A DNA stretch of 64,000 nucleotides from Octopus sinensis (taxonomy: Eukaryota), in NCBI RefSeq assembly GCF_006345805.1, contig NC_043011.1, positions 59,160,464 to 59,224,463 on the forward strand, read 5' to 3'. Below are positions 39,590 to 52,859 of this stretch, one piece after another. Position numbers and translations under genes: made by a program. Position 1 is the first letter of the stretch. Each line of letters starts with the position of its first letter. The notes under the pieces were generated by a model. That model made no database searches and was not told the DNA's origin. It saw nothing but the letters and a program-made list of their open reading frames with translations.

Positions 39590-40105
39590 GATTTTGATTT
39601 TGATTTTTCCAGTTTCAGCTCATGAGCTGTGGCCATGCTGGGGCACCGCCATTTGGTTTGCTACATGATTTTACCTCACGAATGCTTTTTAGCAACTGCC
39701 ATTTGGTGCATGAGAGAGTTCGATGAAGCTGCCCTCATCTGCACCTCCTGCCGTGAAGTCGGTTCATCCGGGTACACCTGACAGGACGAGATCCAGTCCT
39801 ACTTTAAAGACATCCGCATCTACACCATGCAGGTCCCTCGGGTTCTTCGGGAGGATATTGAAGAGCTGTGGGCCTCTGAAGCCCAGGCTATCACAGTATC
39901 TTGTCCTACATCTTGATGGCAAATTTGAGTCCTTGGTACCACGCAGTGGCGTCCGGTTCTGGCATTTGTGTGACACTCGATGCCAAAGTTTGGGACAAGT
40001 CCTTCAAGGACCTTCCAGATATATATTATGGCATATCTTTCTCGCCTACGCTCCAAGGAATAGAGTTTTAATCTCTTGAGTCTTTCCAGTAGCTTATATG
40101 CTGCA
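39590..40105 (-). mobile_element. CR1-like LINE 3' fragment with terminal tail
   Basis: ERRRERYAIIYIWKVLEGLVPN, YCDSLGFRGPQLFNILP, tail ggcggtgccccagcatggccacag...(aaaatc)n. Confidence 0.88.
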
Positions 40106-40126
40106 CATTATTTATATATTATAATG

Positions 40127-40171
<45 letters not shown>

Positions 40172-40174
40172 CTA

Positions 40175-40460
40175 CTCCAAAGAACCGAAGAAAAACACAC
40201 AAGTAAAATACAAAAACGCGAGGGTGTGGTACATACAAAGTATTAACAGACGCTCAGGGAAGGAAAGGAAGGTAGTTTTACGTTTCAAAGATCTTCTTCA
40301 GAAAAATATATATTCTCTCCCCTTTTTATTCCTTTCTGTTGAAAAGCATCGGCTCAAAACTTCACAGAAATTTTCACTTACCCGGGCGCCAAACAAATAC
40401 ACATTCTTGTTGTTCATACACCTTTCTCCGTCTTTTGTTTTTCTGTAAATTGTGTGCATT
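40175..40460. mobile_element. Two family-H-related repeats in divergent (back-to-back) orientation
   Basis: Minus copy with CTGAAGA..GAAACGTA at 40276-40306; plus copy ctgttgaaaagcatcggctcaaaac at ~40335. Confidence 0.65.
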
Positions 40461-40899
40461 TACATATACACCCACGCATGCACTCATACACATGCACACA
40501 CATACACACACAAACACCCACACACATATATATATATATAATATACTTATATCTGAAAGGATTATCGAAAGAAGAAAGTCAATGACGCCATAATAAGTCA
40601 AAGGTTATAAAGAAGGAAAGAAACATATAATTATAGATATATATGTATATGAAATGTAGTTAAGTGAAATAAAGCGAACGTTATCAAATATTTAATACAC
40701 AAACAGCAGAGTTTCCAGATATATTTCTCTTGTTTTATTGAAATTATGAGATAAATAAATTCAGTTAATAATCGTAGGCAGCTGTTATGCGAAATAATGT
40801 CGCCAAATCTTCGTATATGGAAAGATGTTGACAGGGAAATGTAACTCAGGAAGGAGAACTAAATATTCATAAATCCCCTAATATAATTATGAGAGTAGT

Positions 40900-40933
<34 letters not shown>

Positions 40934-40944
40934 TCTCTTGCTTT

Positions 40945-41102
40945 TTTACTTGTTTCAGTCATTTGATTGTGGCCATGCTGGATCACCGCCTTTTTTAGAC
41001 GAGCAAATCGACCCCAGGACTTACTCTTTGTATGCCTAGTACTTATTCTATAGGTCTCTCATGCCGAACAGCTAAGTGACGGGGACGTAAGCACACCAGC
41101 AT

Positions 41103-41139
<37 letters not shown>

Positions 41140-41310
41140 CATATATACGACAGGCTTCTTTCAGTTTCCGTCTACCTAATCCACTCACAAGGCTTAGGTC
41201 GGCCCGAGGCTATAGTAGAAGACACTTGCCCAAGGTGCTACGCAGTGGGACTGAACCCGGAACCATGAGGTTCGTAAGCAAGCTACTTACCACGCAGCCA
41301 CTCCTGCGTC
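40945..41310 (-). mobile_element. SINE family B
   Basis: Reverse complement homology to family B head and tail. Confidence 0.9.
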
Positions 41311-41318
41311 TCTCTCTT

Positions 41319-41358
<40 letters not shown>

Positions 41359-41698
41359 AATATTTAAAAATTGAGGGAGATAAATTAATATTAATTTTAA
41401 TATCAATTTAAAACCAGTAGTCCAGCATTCAAAAAATCTGAGGAGTCAGAGAAAATTCAAATATATGTGTATATTGGCAGGGCTGGCCTGCTAGGTAGCC
41501 GGCCAGAATGCTAGAAGAAGATCATCAACGATCAAACTACAAGGGAAATTCTCTAGAGGAAGAATTCAGCGAACACCAGAACCAAACTGGCGGGCAGGAC
41601 ATATGAAAAATTAAATAAATAACAGACTTAAATGCATACCTCGGTTTCGGTCTTAACAAAAGAATTACTTGCATAATTCAAGTGTCCGTGACTTCTTC

Positions 41699-42191
41699 AG
41701 CACATATTTCGCCTTAATGTACTGATATATGAAAAATATATGGCTTGTGTAGTAATACCAGCGATTATAATTATTTTTATATTATCGCAATTTGATTTGT
41801 TTACATATTTCTCGATAAATTATGAGCGCCAGGCGATATACCAGAATTCCCTAGTGTTGTCGGGACGTTCGGAGTCTGCGCAGTGATATGATTAGTTAGG
41901 GAGAGTAAATCATTAGACGCACATGCTTCTAGTGAGTTAGGATCCCAGAAAAACAGGGTCTCACTGAAGAATTCTCCCGGAGCAAATAAATTATCTTTAT
42001 TGATGAAAAGAAAGAAACTGCAGTCTGAGAATTACCGGTTTAGTAAATGTTTTTATCTTCATTTCACTTAATTTATCAAGCTTCTGTATTCCTAGCACAT
42101 ATTTCGCCTTAATGTACTGATATATGAAAAATATATGGCTTGTGTTAGTAATACCAGCGATTATAATTATTTTTATTTTATCGCAATTTGA

Positions 42192-42204
<13 letters not shown>
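41699..42204 (+). repeat. 110-bp direct repeat pair (41699-41808 / 42094-42204)
   Basis: Only one substitution and one 1-bp indel between copies. Confidence 0.93.
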
Positions 42205-42290
<86 letters not shown>

Positions 42291-43004
42291 ATATAAATAT
42301 ATATATATATATTTGTCCAAATCACTCGGACGCGGAGGAGGAGAGAAAATACTAATTCAGTGAAGGAGAAGTAGTGAGAATGATAGCCCTGACTGAAAGG
42401 GAGTGAAAGAAAGTAATGGTAATGAGAGAAAGGCAGGGGTGATAGATGAATAAGGACTGAAGGTGTGGAATAGAAAATCAGCGTTTCAATTCTGTGTGAG
42501 TATATGTGTGTATGTTCGTGCGTGTACAAGGGAACTATGTGAATGTCTGTATGTCTGATTATTACGTACCTTATCAAAAAACCTTATAAAATACAATTAG
42601 CCGTCATTATTAACAGCACAGGGTCAACTAATATAAATATCATATTTCAAGGAAACGCTAAAACCGAACGAATCATTTTAACAATCTAGTGGTCATTATG
42701 AACATTATTATATATTTTGCATGTATAAGTACAATGTGTCTTAATATGCTTTGGTGAGCTGGATTACCAACTAAATTATTCAGTTGTTTTCAGTTCCTTT
42801 ATCGTTAAATATCCAGATTGTCTATGGAAGATAACTGATCCTTTTCTCTGGGTTCCTAAAATAAAGTTTTGTGTGTTTGCTCCAAACTGCACTTTGCGAA
42901 GTAAGAAATAGAAACCTTCACGTAACACGACACACCAGGTTATTCATGGCGCATGTGCTGTGAAGTGGAGCTCACAAGATTTTGCTGCAATTACTAAAGT
43001 AAAG

Positions 43005-43248
43005 CAAGTTACTGGGACGTAAACACACCAACATCAGTTGGGGAGATAAACACAGACGAACCATCACACAAACACGTATATATTCGACGGGCTTCTTTTA
43101 GTTTCAGTTTACCAAATCCATTCACACGGCTTTGGTCTTTACGAAGTTATACTAGAAGACACTTTCCCAAGGTACAATGCAGTGGGACTGAACCCGGAAC
43201 CATGTCGTTTGGAAGCAAGATTCTTACCACACAGCCAATCCTGCGCCT
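43005..43248 (-). mobile_element. SINE family B remnant
   Basis: Reverse complement of B head and part of body. Confidence 0.8.
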
Positions 43249-43322
43249 AAAAAAAAGCCAGAATGGGGCTACAGAGAATCGATTTCCACATCTCTAATAT
43301 ACTATGAGACCATTAAGCTACG

Positions 43323-43374
<52 letters not shown>

Positions 43375-43403
43375 CACACTCTTACGCACACACGCATACT
43401 TTC

Positions 43404-43940
43404 GAGTGCTACTGGTAACATGTAACCCAGTACAACCTGGTCGGGTCGTCGGCGACTAAACCGGCTACCCCACCAAGCTTGCTTGGTGAGGAGGGTGTTT
43501 ATTGGACACCCTGCCAGATGAAAAACGAAGCCCATCAAAGGGCGGAAGAACTCTTGAGAGTCAACGGCCATCCAATAAATGTCTTAAGGCTGTATCATGC
43601 GCGGGGACATAGAAATAATCGGACTGAATACCCGATCGCACGGTTAAACCATTGGGAGTGAAGGACTCCTAGCCTTTGTTAAGGCATCCTTCTAGGAGAA
43701 GGTAACTCAGGTAACTGGGATAACTCCGATATAAAACCTGCGGCTCAGTGGTTACCGATGATGTTGACTTGTTCTTCTTTTCGGATTATGGCTGCTGTTG
43801 CTTAGTGAGTGGGATTGACTCAGTGCACAGCCTTTCCTCACTTTAAAAAAATCTTCTTGCAGAGGCATTGCACGATAACAACATTGATTAAGCTTCGCGC
43901 AATGGCCATACTCGATAACGGGGGGAGGGGGCAGCCACCA
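43404..43940 (+). mobile_element. GC-richer, hairpin-rich interspersed element resembling an RTE-type 5' UTR / non-autonomous derivative
   Basis: Hairpins tactgg/ccagta, caccaagc/gcttggtg, agggtgt/acaccct; ctaggagaaggtaactc...taaaacc recalls RTE 5' UTR motifs; flanked by microsatellites. Class assignment is from recall. Confidence 0.45.
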
Positions 43941-44423
43941 TATATATACATATAGGGTAGTGATTGTTTTTAGAAATTTCATTACTAGTGGCCTAGCATG
44001 TATAAAAATACGATAGACAACATATTCTCAATAGTGCACATTGTGTTTAAATGTGCACTATTTGATATATGTATATATATATCTATATATATATAGACAC
44101 ACACACACACATACATACACACGTTAATATAGATATACATGTGAACATATTCATACTCTCAGAGAAATATGGTTTATCTATTTGTAATAAAAAAACAGAG
44201 GCAATTTACAGTATGGAACCTAATTGTCTTGTAGTTCCTATCGTTTCTTTCCTGAATTCTCTCTACAGCTTTTCTCCCAAACTTCATAAGCACATCATCT
44301 TATTCACCTTTCTCTATCACTCTTACTTATATTACAACTTTTATATCTACTTCCTTCACAAGCAGCTCAAAGGTCTCCGTATCGACGTAATGAATAAGTG
44401 TTTGTTTCTCTTGAAGTCTGCAA

Positions 44424-44745
44424 CCGGACCTGGCCAACTCGAATTATATTGCGGGCCACTGTAATCACAGAATTTTTTTTTTTGGGGGGGGGGGTCGCTT
44501 GTAGAATTTGGGTACTAATAGTCTAATTAACTGAGAGAATCAAGAATTGTTCATACTTTTCATTTGTTTAAAATTATAAAATTGTCATTTATTGCTTTAT
44601 TGCCACTTATATATTTTAAATATATTTTGAAACAAAAGTTTTACAGAAACAAATTTATTTTGAAATTAAACACAATACAGTGGTCACCCATTTCAAGAAA
44701 GTATCAAGCGGGCCGCAAGATAAAAGTGCAGCTTGGCCGACCCTG
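44424..44745. mobile_element. Possible degenerate MITE
   Basis: Weak terminal inverted similarity (ccggacctggccaa / reverse complement cagggtcggccaa) with gcgggcc subterminal motifs at both ends. Confidence 0.35.
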
Positions 44746-45719
44746 TCTTTAAACACATCTACATTATACAACTACTATACTCGACCTTGGAAATCTTCAC
44801 AGTGAAATATTTACAGATGTGAACATGAGGATTTCTGCAATCGGTGGAGCATTAAAAAGAACCATTGATATAATAGTCAACTTCTTCAATATGCTGGAGT
44901 GTAACTTCACTAAAATTATTTATTGATTTTCACACTAAAACATTGAATAAGAATGGAGGTTTTCTAGGTGGATTGTAAGCCATGGAAGCCTCCCACGTTA
45001 TTGATTTCTTTCAGCAAGGCGCAGGGATAATTCATGAATGTGTGGTTTATTGAATCCATTGAAAATTAGAGGCGCGTTATTAAACACTCGTCTCATTTCT
45101 TACTATTCGCCGGCTTTGGAGCTTCCTAAAGCTAATACTAGACAAAAACGTAATTACTTCATCACGGATTGAATAGACTAAAATATGAATTGGTACCCTT
45201 GGGTGAGTTTCGTTTCATTTAAGGCATGAAATAATTTTGTTTATATTTTCACATAATCAAAATTTTGTGATGCGGCTTGATTGATCAGAATTGCTGCCAA
45301 ATATAATATATATTTATTCCGCACAAATATAAGGAGATTTTGGCGCCATTACATTTACACAGGAGGTTTCTCTTTTTCTCTCTTTTATTTTTATATTCAA
45401 TAGAAACAAAATGGTTCATCAATAAAAAAAACCTTGCACGTGATTACTAATAATTTGGCAGTTGGAAAATAGCTCATGATTTGACATTGGCTTCTGGAAA
45501 TGCTGGTGGTGTCAGTTTTCCCTCGGATATTATTGAGAAAGAAGAGATAATTACAATGTTGATGACTGTTTTGACAAGTGTGTCATGTCCTCTTATAAGT
45601 TACTAATACAATTAATATTACAGCTAAATGCATTGAAGTACGTATATTTGTTTCTTTTTGTTTGCAGTTCAAACTTTAACGAAACATTTTATCACATTCA
45701 CGTGCGAGTATGTATGTAT

Positions 45720-45773
45720 GTATGTATTTTTATGCATGTATATATATGTCTGTGTGTGTGTATATGTATATGT

Positions 45774-45804
<31 letters not shown>

Positions 45805-45893
45805 CGTATATACATATATATATGTACATATACATATATATATATGCATACATATACATGAACATATATATATATATATACACACACATATAC

Positions 45894-45926
<33 letters not shown>

Positions 45927-46030
45927 CATATATATACATACAAATATATAAACACGCATACACATATATAAACACATATATACATGCATATATATATATA
46001 TTCGTATATATGTATCTATGTATTTATCAA
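45720..46030. repeat. (TA)n/(TACA)n microsatellite
   Basis: Direct reading. Confidence 0.93.
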
Positions 46031-47544
46031 TGTATATAAAGAGTCTGAGTCAGTGTGCAGATGTATGTGTATATACAATGACTGAGTGAATGCGTGCTGT
46101 TGTATAGGAACTCAAGAGAAATAATCAATATGTGGGGTAAAGAGGGAAATCCAATCGGATAGGAAAAAAAACTTAGAAAAATCTTAAAATACAAACCAGA
46201 AATCTTCAAAAATCTCTTACGTCATTTTCGCACAATCGGGTATACTAAATATATATATTAAATTAATTCTAATACATATGAAATATATTTATATAAATAC
46301 CTTCAATAACGTATATATAACAACCAGTCAAAGCAAATTTTGTGGCATTAATTTAGAAGCTAAGCAAAATGAAACAAGATTAAGCATAGCCAAAAGAATC
46401 GTCATTGTATCACAGCAGAAACCATAATCCATTTGAGGATCATAAACCTAATTTCGCACACAACTTATCCACAAGATTCATCTGTTCATAGATTCACGTA
46501 GGTACTGTTCACATAGTTTCTGTGATCAAATTGTCACTGGAATTTTAAGCATATTTACGTCACTACTATAGGAAAAGAGGATGGTACTCATCGATTAATT
46601 CCATACGATTAGATATAAACATAAATACGCCCACTTCAATATTGCAGTACAATTTCTGTTCTGCATCTATAGTTGCAGTATTTACGTGTATATACGCTTA
46701 CAAGTCCATATAATATATAAGTACTGCCCTGATCGCAAACTGAAAATTTGTAAAGTCCCTCGGACAGCATTTAACTTTTTCTAACCATAAGAGCTTTTTA
46801 AGCCACCCAATATTTACATGATATTATTAACAACATTATCTGCTTCAAGATCCGCCGTTCTAAAAAGGAATTATTTTCCGTTCTCCAGGTGTCTAAATAT
46901 TTTGATGTCAACAGAATATCTATGCTAAAAACTGATATTATCTTTTGATAATATTTACATCAAAAAATATAGTGAGTCTTCCGCTGACGTCAGCTTGAAG
47001 AAGTATACAAACAAATCTGATTTATAGTTAATACACCTTCAAGAAAAGTTTGTTCATTCTGTCATGATATGTTTTGCTATTGCGCAATACATGACAAACA
47101 GACAGATTTAGTAAAAATCTCTTCAGCTAATTAAAAACTTGAGGCTAAAATATCTTAGAGAGCTTAAAACTGGTAATAATTAAATTACATGTTATATGGA
47201 TATTTTTAAACATATATCAGCATAAATGCAAGTGATATAGATGTGGAAAGTAAATCCTTCAATGTAGGAATGGGAGCTGAATCTAGCACAGCATCTTAGA
47301 TAATCTACTCAAATCATCTCAAATTATCAAGTGTTATTTTTATAATGAAAATTTATTTAAGCCATACAGCAAACTATTATAATGAAGTTTTATGAAGGCG
47401 TGGCGTTGGGGATTTGATTAAATGCATCAACATCATCATCGTCATCATCATCATGGACAACAAATATACAACATTATGGCAAATTTTCCCTCAAATATAG
47501 AAGTAAACATTTGTCTGAGAAATTTTGGGAACCGAGTAAAATTA

Positions 47545-47919
47545 TGGCAGCTACACTAAGATGCTACGAATGGCCCTAAATGTGAAATGGCAGCAACATA
47601 TGACAAATGAATGCCTTTATAGAGACCTGCCGAACTCTAGCGAGAAGATTGGGCAAAAGTGGCTGCGAGTATGTGATCCCTGCATGCCCCGCCATAAACT
47701 AGAAGTATCCGAATTAGTCTTGTGGAATCCGCTTTCTGGTGATGTAAGATGAGGAAAACGTCTTCACACTTACATCGACAACTTGATCCCAGTCGCGGAC
47801 CTTGAATGCATCCAGGACCTCAAGGTAGTGACTTTGGACCGGGAAGTGCGACGATTAGATTTTGTTGCTGCGGGCCGCGTTCGAACGCGCTAATAGTAAT
47901 AATAATAATAATAATAATG

Positions 47920-47970
<51 letters not shown>
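47545..47970 (+). mobile_element. RTE/RTE-X LINE 3' end with (AAT)n tail
   Basis: YTKMLRMALNVKWQQHMTNECLYRDLP...SELVLWNP...TYIDNL matches RTE C-terminus; 3' UTR ends gcgttcgaacgc-taatag(taa)n. Confidence 0.85.
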
Positions 47971-47971
<1 letters not shown>

Positions 47972-48442
47972 GTATAAAAGATGGGCTACAGCAAATATTC
48001 TGCTCAATACCACAGATTTGCTTGTCAGTTGTTTGACCTTAGCCAGTTGAGCATGTCCCTTTGTGGCTGACGATATGTGCATCTCTGACCACGAGCAGAA
48101 GTAGTGGGGGAGCATCATAGCCATGTGTTGAGAGGTATTCTTTGGGGTTTGAATAATTCACCTCTGGAAACATGGGTGGTTCTTTCAACATCCTTAAACA
48201 ACCCTTATTCAAGGACCTTTTGAGCGGGATGGGCTACTCAACCTGAAGAAAATTCTAACTGGGCCCCACCTGCAAGGTCATGTGCTGTTTATCTTGATAT
48301 GAGATCACCATGTCGCGCACATATGGTTGTGATGCATGTGCCTGGTGTACCTTTATCAGACGGGTAGTCATGATGGGTATATTGGGCTTCGTATATTTTA
48401 CCCCAGTGTCACTTTGATGGCATGCACTGCTCTCTCACTCAA
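47971..48442. mobile_element. Unclassified ~470-bp interspersed element embedded in (AAT)n
   Basis: Sharp, GC-richer non-coding block bounded on both sides by (AAT)n; only one copy in the window. Confidence 0.5.
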
Positions 48443-48456
48443 TAATAATAATAATA

Positions 48457-48491
<35 letters not shown>

Positions 48492-48749
48492 AATAATAAT
48501 AATAATAATAATAACAACGATAGTCAAGAAGGAAGACGAAAGTATATATATATATACAACCCTCTTAACTACAAAACGACCGGTTATGGAAAATAAAGGT
48601 GAAGATAGTGACAAATCCTATGACGGATACCTCTTATGCGTTTAAATGCACGCTGTATTTCATATGAATAATATATAGCCAATTGACACTTTTCTACACG
48701 CTAGGCCACAAGTAGTAAAATTTTCTAAAAATCTTTAAACCTATATAAT

Positions 48750-48754
48750 ATATT

Positions 48755-48812
<58 letters not shown>

Positions 48813-48813
48813 T

Positions 48814-48844
<31 letters not shown>

Positions 48845-48999
48845 TGATAGATAGATATAGTATAGATTTATACACACACATACACACACATATATATATA
48901 TATATATATACATATATATATGTATTATATATATTATATATTTGTTCATATACGTGTATATGCATACACATATATACATACTATATACATATGTATATA

Positions 49000-49059
<60 letters not shown>

Positions 49060-49100
49060 TATATACATATACACATATATATTATATATATAATCAAATA
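48750..49100. repeat. (TA)n/(GATA)n microsatellite
   Basis: Direct reading. Confidence 0.94.
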
Positions 49101-50125
49101 CTAAAATATATGTGTGTGTATGTATATGAAACATTACGTAAATGCATCTTGCACTGTTTCAGTGTGTGGAGGTGATACGTTTGACAGCAGTTGAAGCGGA
49201 GCTTAATTAAGAAATCATTATTTTCCTAAAGTACACATCAGATAATGAATGCTATGCCACAGTTTTGCCGATAACCGTTGCTTAGTTACATTCATTGTTA
49301 AGTATGCCATAGACAAGGTGTACAGAAATTATGCGCTGCCTTCTTCCATCCTGCTTCATGTATGAGGAAAGTTAAAATGAGAAGAATGCTATATACATCT
49401 CTTTGCAATTTAATTCGTCGCTGCTTCTTCTTCTTCTGCTGCTGTTGTTGTTGTTGGTGTTGTTGTCACTGCCGTTGTTGTAATGTTGATGTCTCTAGTT
49501 TGTCCTCTACAACGGATGTTGATGTTGTTTCCTTCATTCCCATCGAATTAAGAATTTATTTGTTGATTTCGCCTGGACGTCTCCTTCTGTTTCTTTCAGC
49601 ATTTACATTTTTTTCCGTAGAAGCTAACCTTGAAACTAGACTTTACATAGAAACTTGATATTCAATCAATTCGGAAGCCTGTTCAATTGACAAACAATGG
49701 TCAACCAGTATATTGCGAAACGAATTTACTCTACTGTTTCAACAGGTCCAACATATTACTTCAGCCATCTCTGCTCATCCTGTTCCTCACGCCGTCTCTC
49801 GGACTAAGTATATGTACGGTTCAGAACGGACCCTTCTGTCTCTCTCTATCTCTCTCTCCCTCTCTATCTCTCTCCCCCTCTCTCTCACCTGCTCATCCAC
49901 CTAAAAACGCAGGCTATATCAATTAAGATCGACACCTTTCCCGTTCCAAGTACCTTTTCATTCACATTTTATAGCTTTTACTAATTATTGTACTCAAAAT
50001 TCGTATTATACTAAATTCTTATTATACCAAAACCAATTCATCCTGAACTCACTTGTACACACACGCTCTCTCTATCTCTCTTCACTTCTCACTCGCTCTC
50101 TATCTCTTCTCTTATATGTATATAG

Positions 50126-50530
50126 GAGTGGCTGTGGTAAGTAGCTTGCTTACCAACTACATGATTCCGGGTTCAGTCCCACTGCGTGGCACCTTGGGCA
50201 AGTGTCTTCTACTATAGCCTCGAGCTGAAAGAAGCCTTGTGAGTGGATTTAGTAGACGGAAACTGAAAGAAGTCCGTCGTGTATATATGTATATATGTAT
50301 ATGTGTGTGTGTGTGTGTGTGCGTGTGTGTGTCTGTGTTTGTGTATCTGTGTTAGTCCTCCACCATCGATTGAGAATAGATGTTGGTGTGTTTATGTCCC
50401 CGTAACTTAGCGGTTCGGCAAAAGAGACCGATAGGATACATATTAGGCTTACAAAGAACAAATCTTGGGGTCGATTTGTTCGACTAAAGGCAGTGCTTCA
50501 GCATGGACGCAGTCAAATGTCTAACACGGT
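50126..50530 (+). mobile_element. SINE family B
   Basis: Homology to 20700-21150; internal (TA)(TG) tract. Confidence 0.9.
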
Positions 50531-50553
50531 TGAAAGAATTAAAAATAATTATA

Positions 50554-50624
<71 letters not shown>

Positions 50625-50641
50625 ATATATATATAATATAT

Positions 50642-50704
<63 letters not shown>

Positions 50705-51413
50705 TGGTATGCATGTATGTATGTGAGTAAAACCTATGTGTTTGAGGTGATGGGTAGATAGATAGATAGATAAATAGATACATAGAAGGATGGATCGATC
50801 GATGACTATGTGTCTGAATACATGTTTAGCTGTGTTGAATAAGTATAACCCTTCAAGACAATTGCAAAATATACCACATTTCAGATCCATGAAACACAAT
50901 ACATCGATTTTCCTTTTCAAATTCAGTCAGGCGAGAGACAACCTGTAATATGTCACCACAATTTTATTCCCAGATACATATGAAAATAACCGCCTTTTAT
51001 ATGCTCACGAGCGCGTGTATATGTATATATATATATATATTCACAGGATCTGCTCCCTCTACGACCGAGGAAGACCATCACTGACAACTAGGAACACTGT
51101 ACACTCAGAAAACTGTATACTTTACTTGTCTGACACTGTTGGTTGCTCATAATAAATATACACGTCTGCAGCCGTTGCATATCAAGTTTCCCCAATCACT
51201 ACACAAGCATTTTAAAATCGATTACTTCCCTTAAATTACACAACATTTTTGTTCCGAAATATTCACTCATTTACTTATTTACTTTATTTACATGTTCCAT
51301 TATGGTGGTAACAATCATAGCTTTCTGTCCAGAAAGGAGCTTGCGCGGTCTTTATAGTGTAACCTTATTTTCTATGTATGTGCGTACGCATGTATTCATG
51401 TGTGTGTGTGTAT

Positions 51414-51690
51414 GAAGGCGCATAGCTTAGTTGGATAGGATGTTGCACTCACTTTTGCGAGATGGTGAGTTCGGTTTCCAGACCGGTTGATGCATTGCGC
51501 TCTTTAGCGAAACACTTCCTTTCGCGTTGCTCTGCGATCATTTTGCCATCTGATATGTGGCACCCGTTGCACCTGTACAGGTGATGTCGATTAGAGGAGT
51601 TTATATGTACACAAACATTTGATCACTAGAAGCAAATCATCTGTGCGCTTGTTCGGCAATAATTTTCCGAAGCCTCATACGCAATGTGAA
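51414..51690 (+). mobile_element. Old degenerate tRNA-derived SINE
   Basis: gaaggcgcatagcttagttgg head and gagttcggtttcc B-box-like motif. Confidence 0.45.
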
Positions 51691-51711
51691 CACGGTACAG
51701 TCCATGATTTA

Positions 51712-51750
<39 letters not shown>

Positions 51751-51829
51751 TATATATCACAATCAAGGAACGGCCATAATAGGCCATTCACCCACTAGAA
51801 ATAACAGCCAAAGCTTCAACCGCAAACAT

Positions 51830-51884
<55 letters not shown>

Positions 51885-51885
<1 letters not shown>

Positions 51886-52328
51886 CTCTTTTACTTGTTT
51901 CAGCCATTTGACTGCGGCCATGCTGGAGCACCGCCTTTAGTCGAGCAACTCGACCCCGGGACTTATTTTTTGTAAGCCCAATACTTATTCTATCGGTCTC
52001 TTTTGCCAAACCGCTAAGTGACGGGGACGTAAACCACCAGCATCGGTTGTCAAGCAATGCTAGGGGGACAAACAGAGACACACAAACACACACGCACACA
52101 CACAATATATATATATATATATATATAGATAATATATATATATATTATATATAAATACATATATACGACAGGCTTCTTTCCGTTTCCTTCCGTCTACCAA
52201 TCCACTCACAAGCTTTGGTCGGCCCGAGGCTATAGTAGAAGACACTTGCCCACGGTGCCACGCAGTGGGACTGAACCCGGAACCATGTGGTTGGTAAACA
52301 AGCTACTTACCACACAGCCACTCCTGCG

Positions 52329-52330
<2 letters not shown>
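51885..52330 (-). mobile_element. SINE family B, full length
   Basis: Reverse complement of full consensus from ggcgcaggagtggc to ctgaaacaagtaaaagag. Confidence 0.92.
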
Positions 52331-52385
<55 letters not shown>

Positions 52386-52386
52386 T

Positions 52387-52572
52387 GTAGTTCCCGGGTT
52401 GAGTCGGGGTAACCACAGTAAATAAGGTACTCAATACATAGCAGAGTAAATTAATTTTTTTATAGAAGGAGCTTCTACAGGACTAGAACTGTTTCATTCA
52501 AAAGAAATCATCATGATGATTTCTTTTGAATGAAACAGTTCTAGTCCTGTAGAAGCTCCTTCTATAAAATAA

Positions 52573-52578
<6 letters not shown>
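52387..52578. repeat. Repeat element containing a perfect 112-bp palindrome (52458-52569)
   Basis: 56-bp arms, no spacer, centre atcatca|tgatgat; sister copy at 54173-54287. Confidence 0.95.
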
Positions 52579-52614
<36 letters not shown>

Positions 52615-52859
52615 TATATAATATATATATATATATAGGACTTTATGTGTGGCTGTGTGTGTCTCTATTTATCAAAAGGGGCAGGTAGGGGGGAAATTTG
52701 TCATTGCCTGTCATAGAACCAGCAAATTCGTCGATGGGGGTTACGTCTTCTATCCCACAGCGAGGTCTGCTACTGTTCAACGAGACATTTTCTCCCAAAT
52801 AACATTTTCAAATAATTTACAATGTGTATTGGTTTAATATTTGAGCAGAAGGACCAGAA

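Noticed and set aside
43404-43480. HDV-like ribozyme
   Set aside because: A P4-like stem followed by CTAA is present but P3/L3/P1 could not be placed in the required order.
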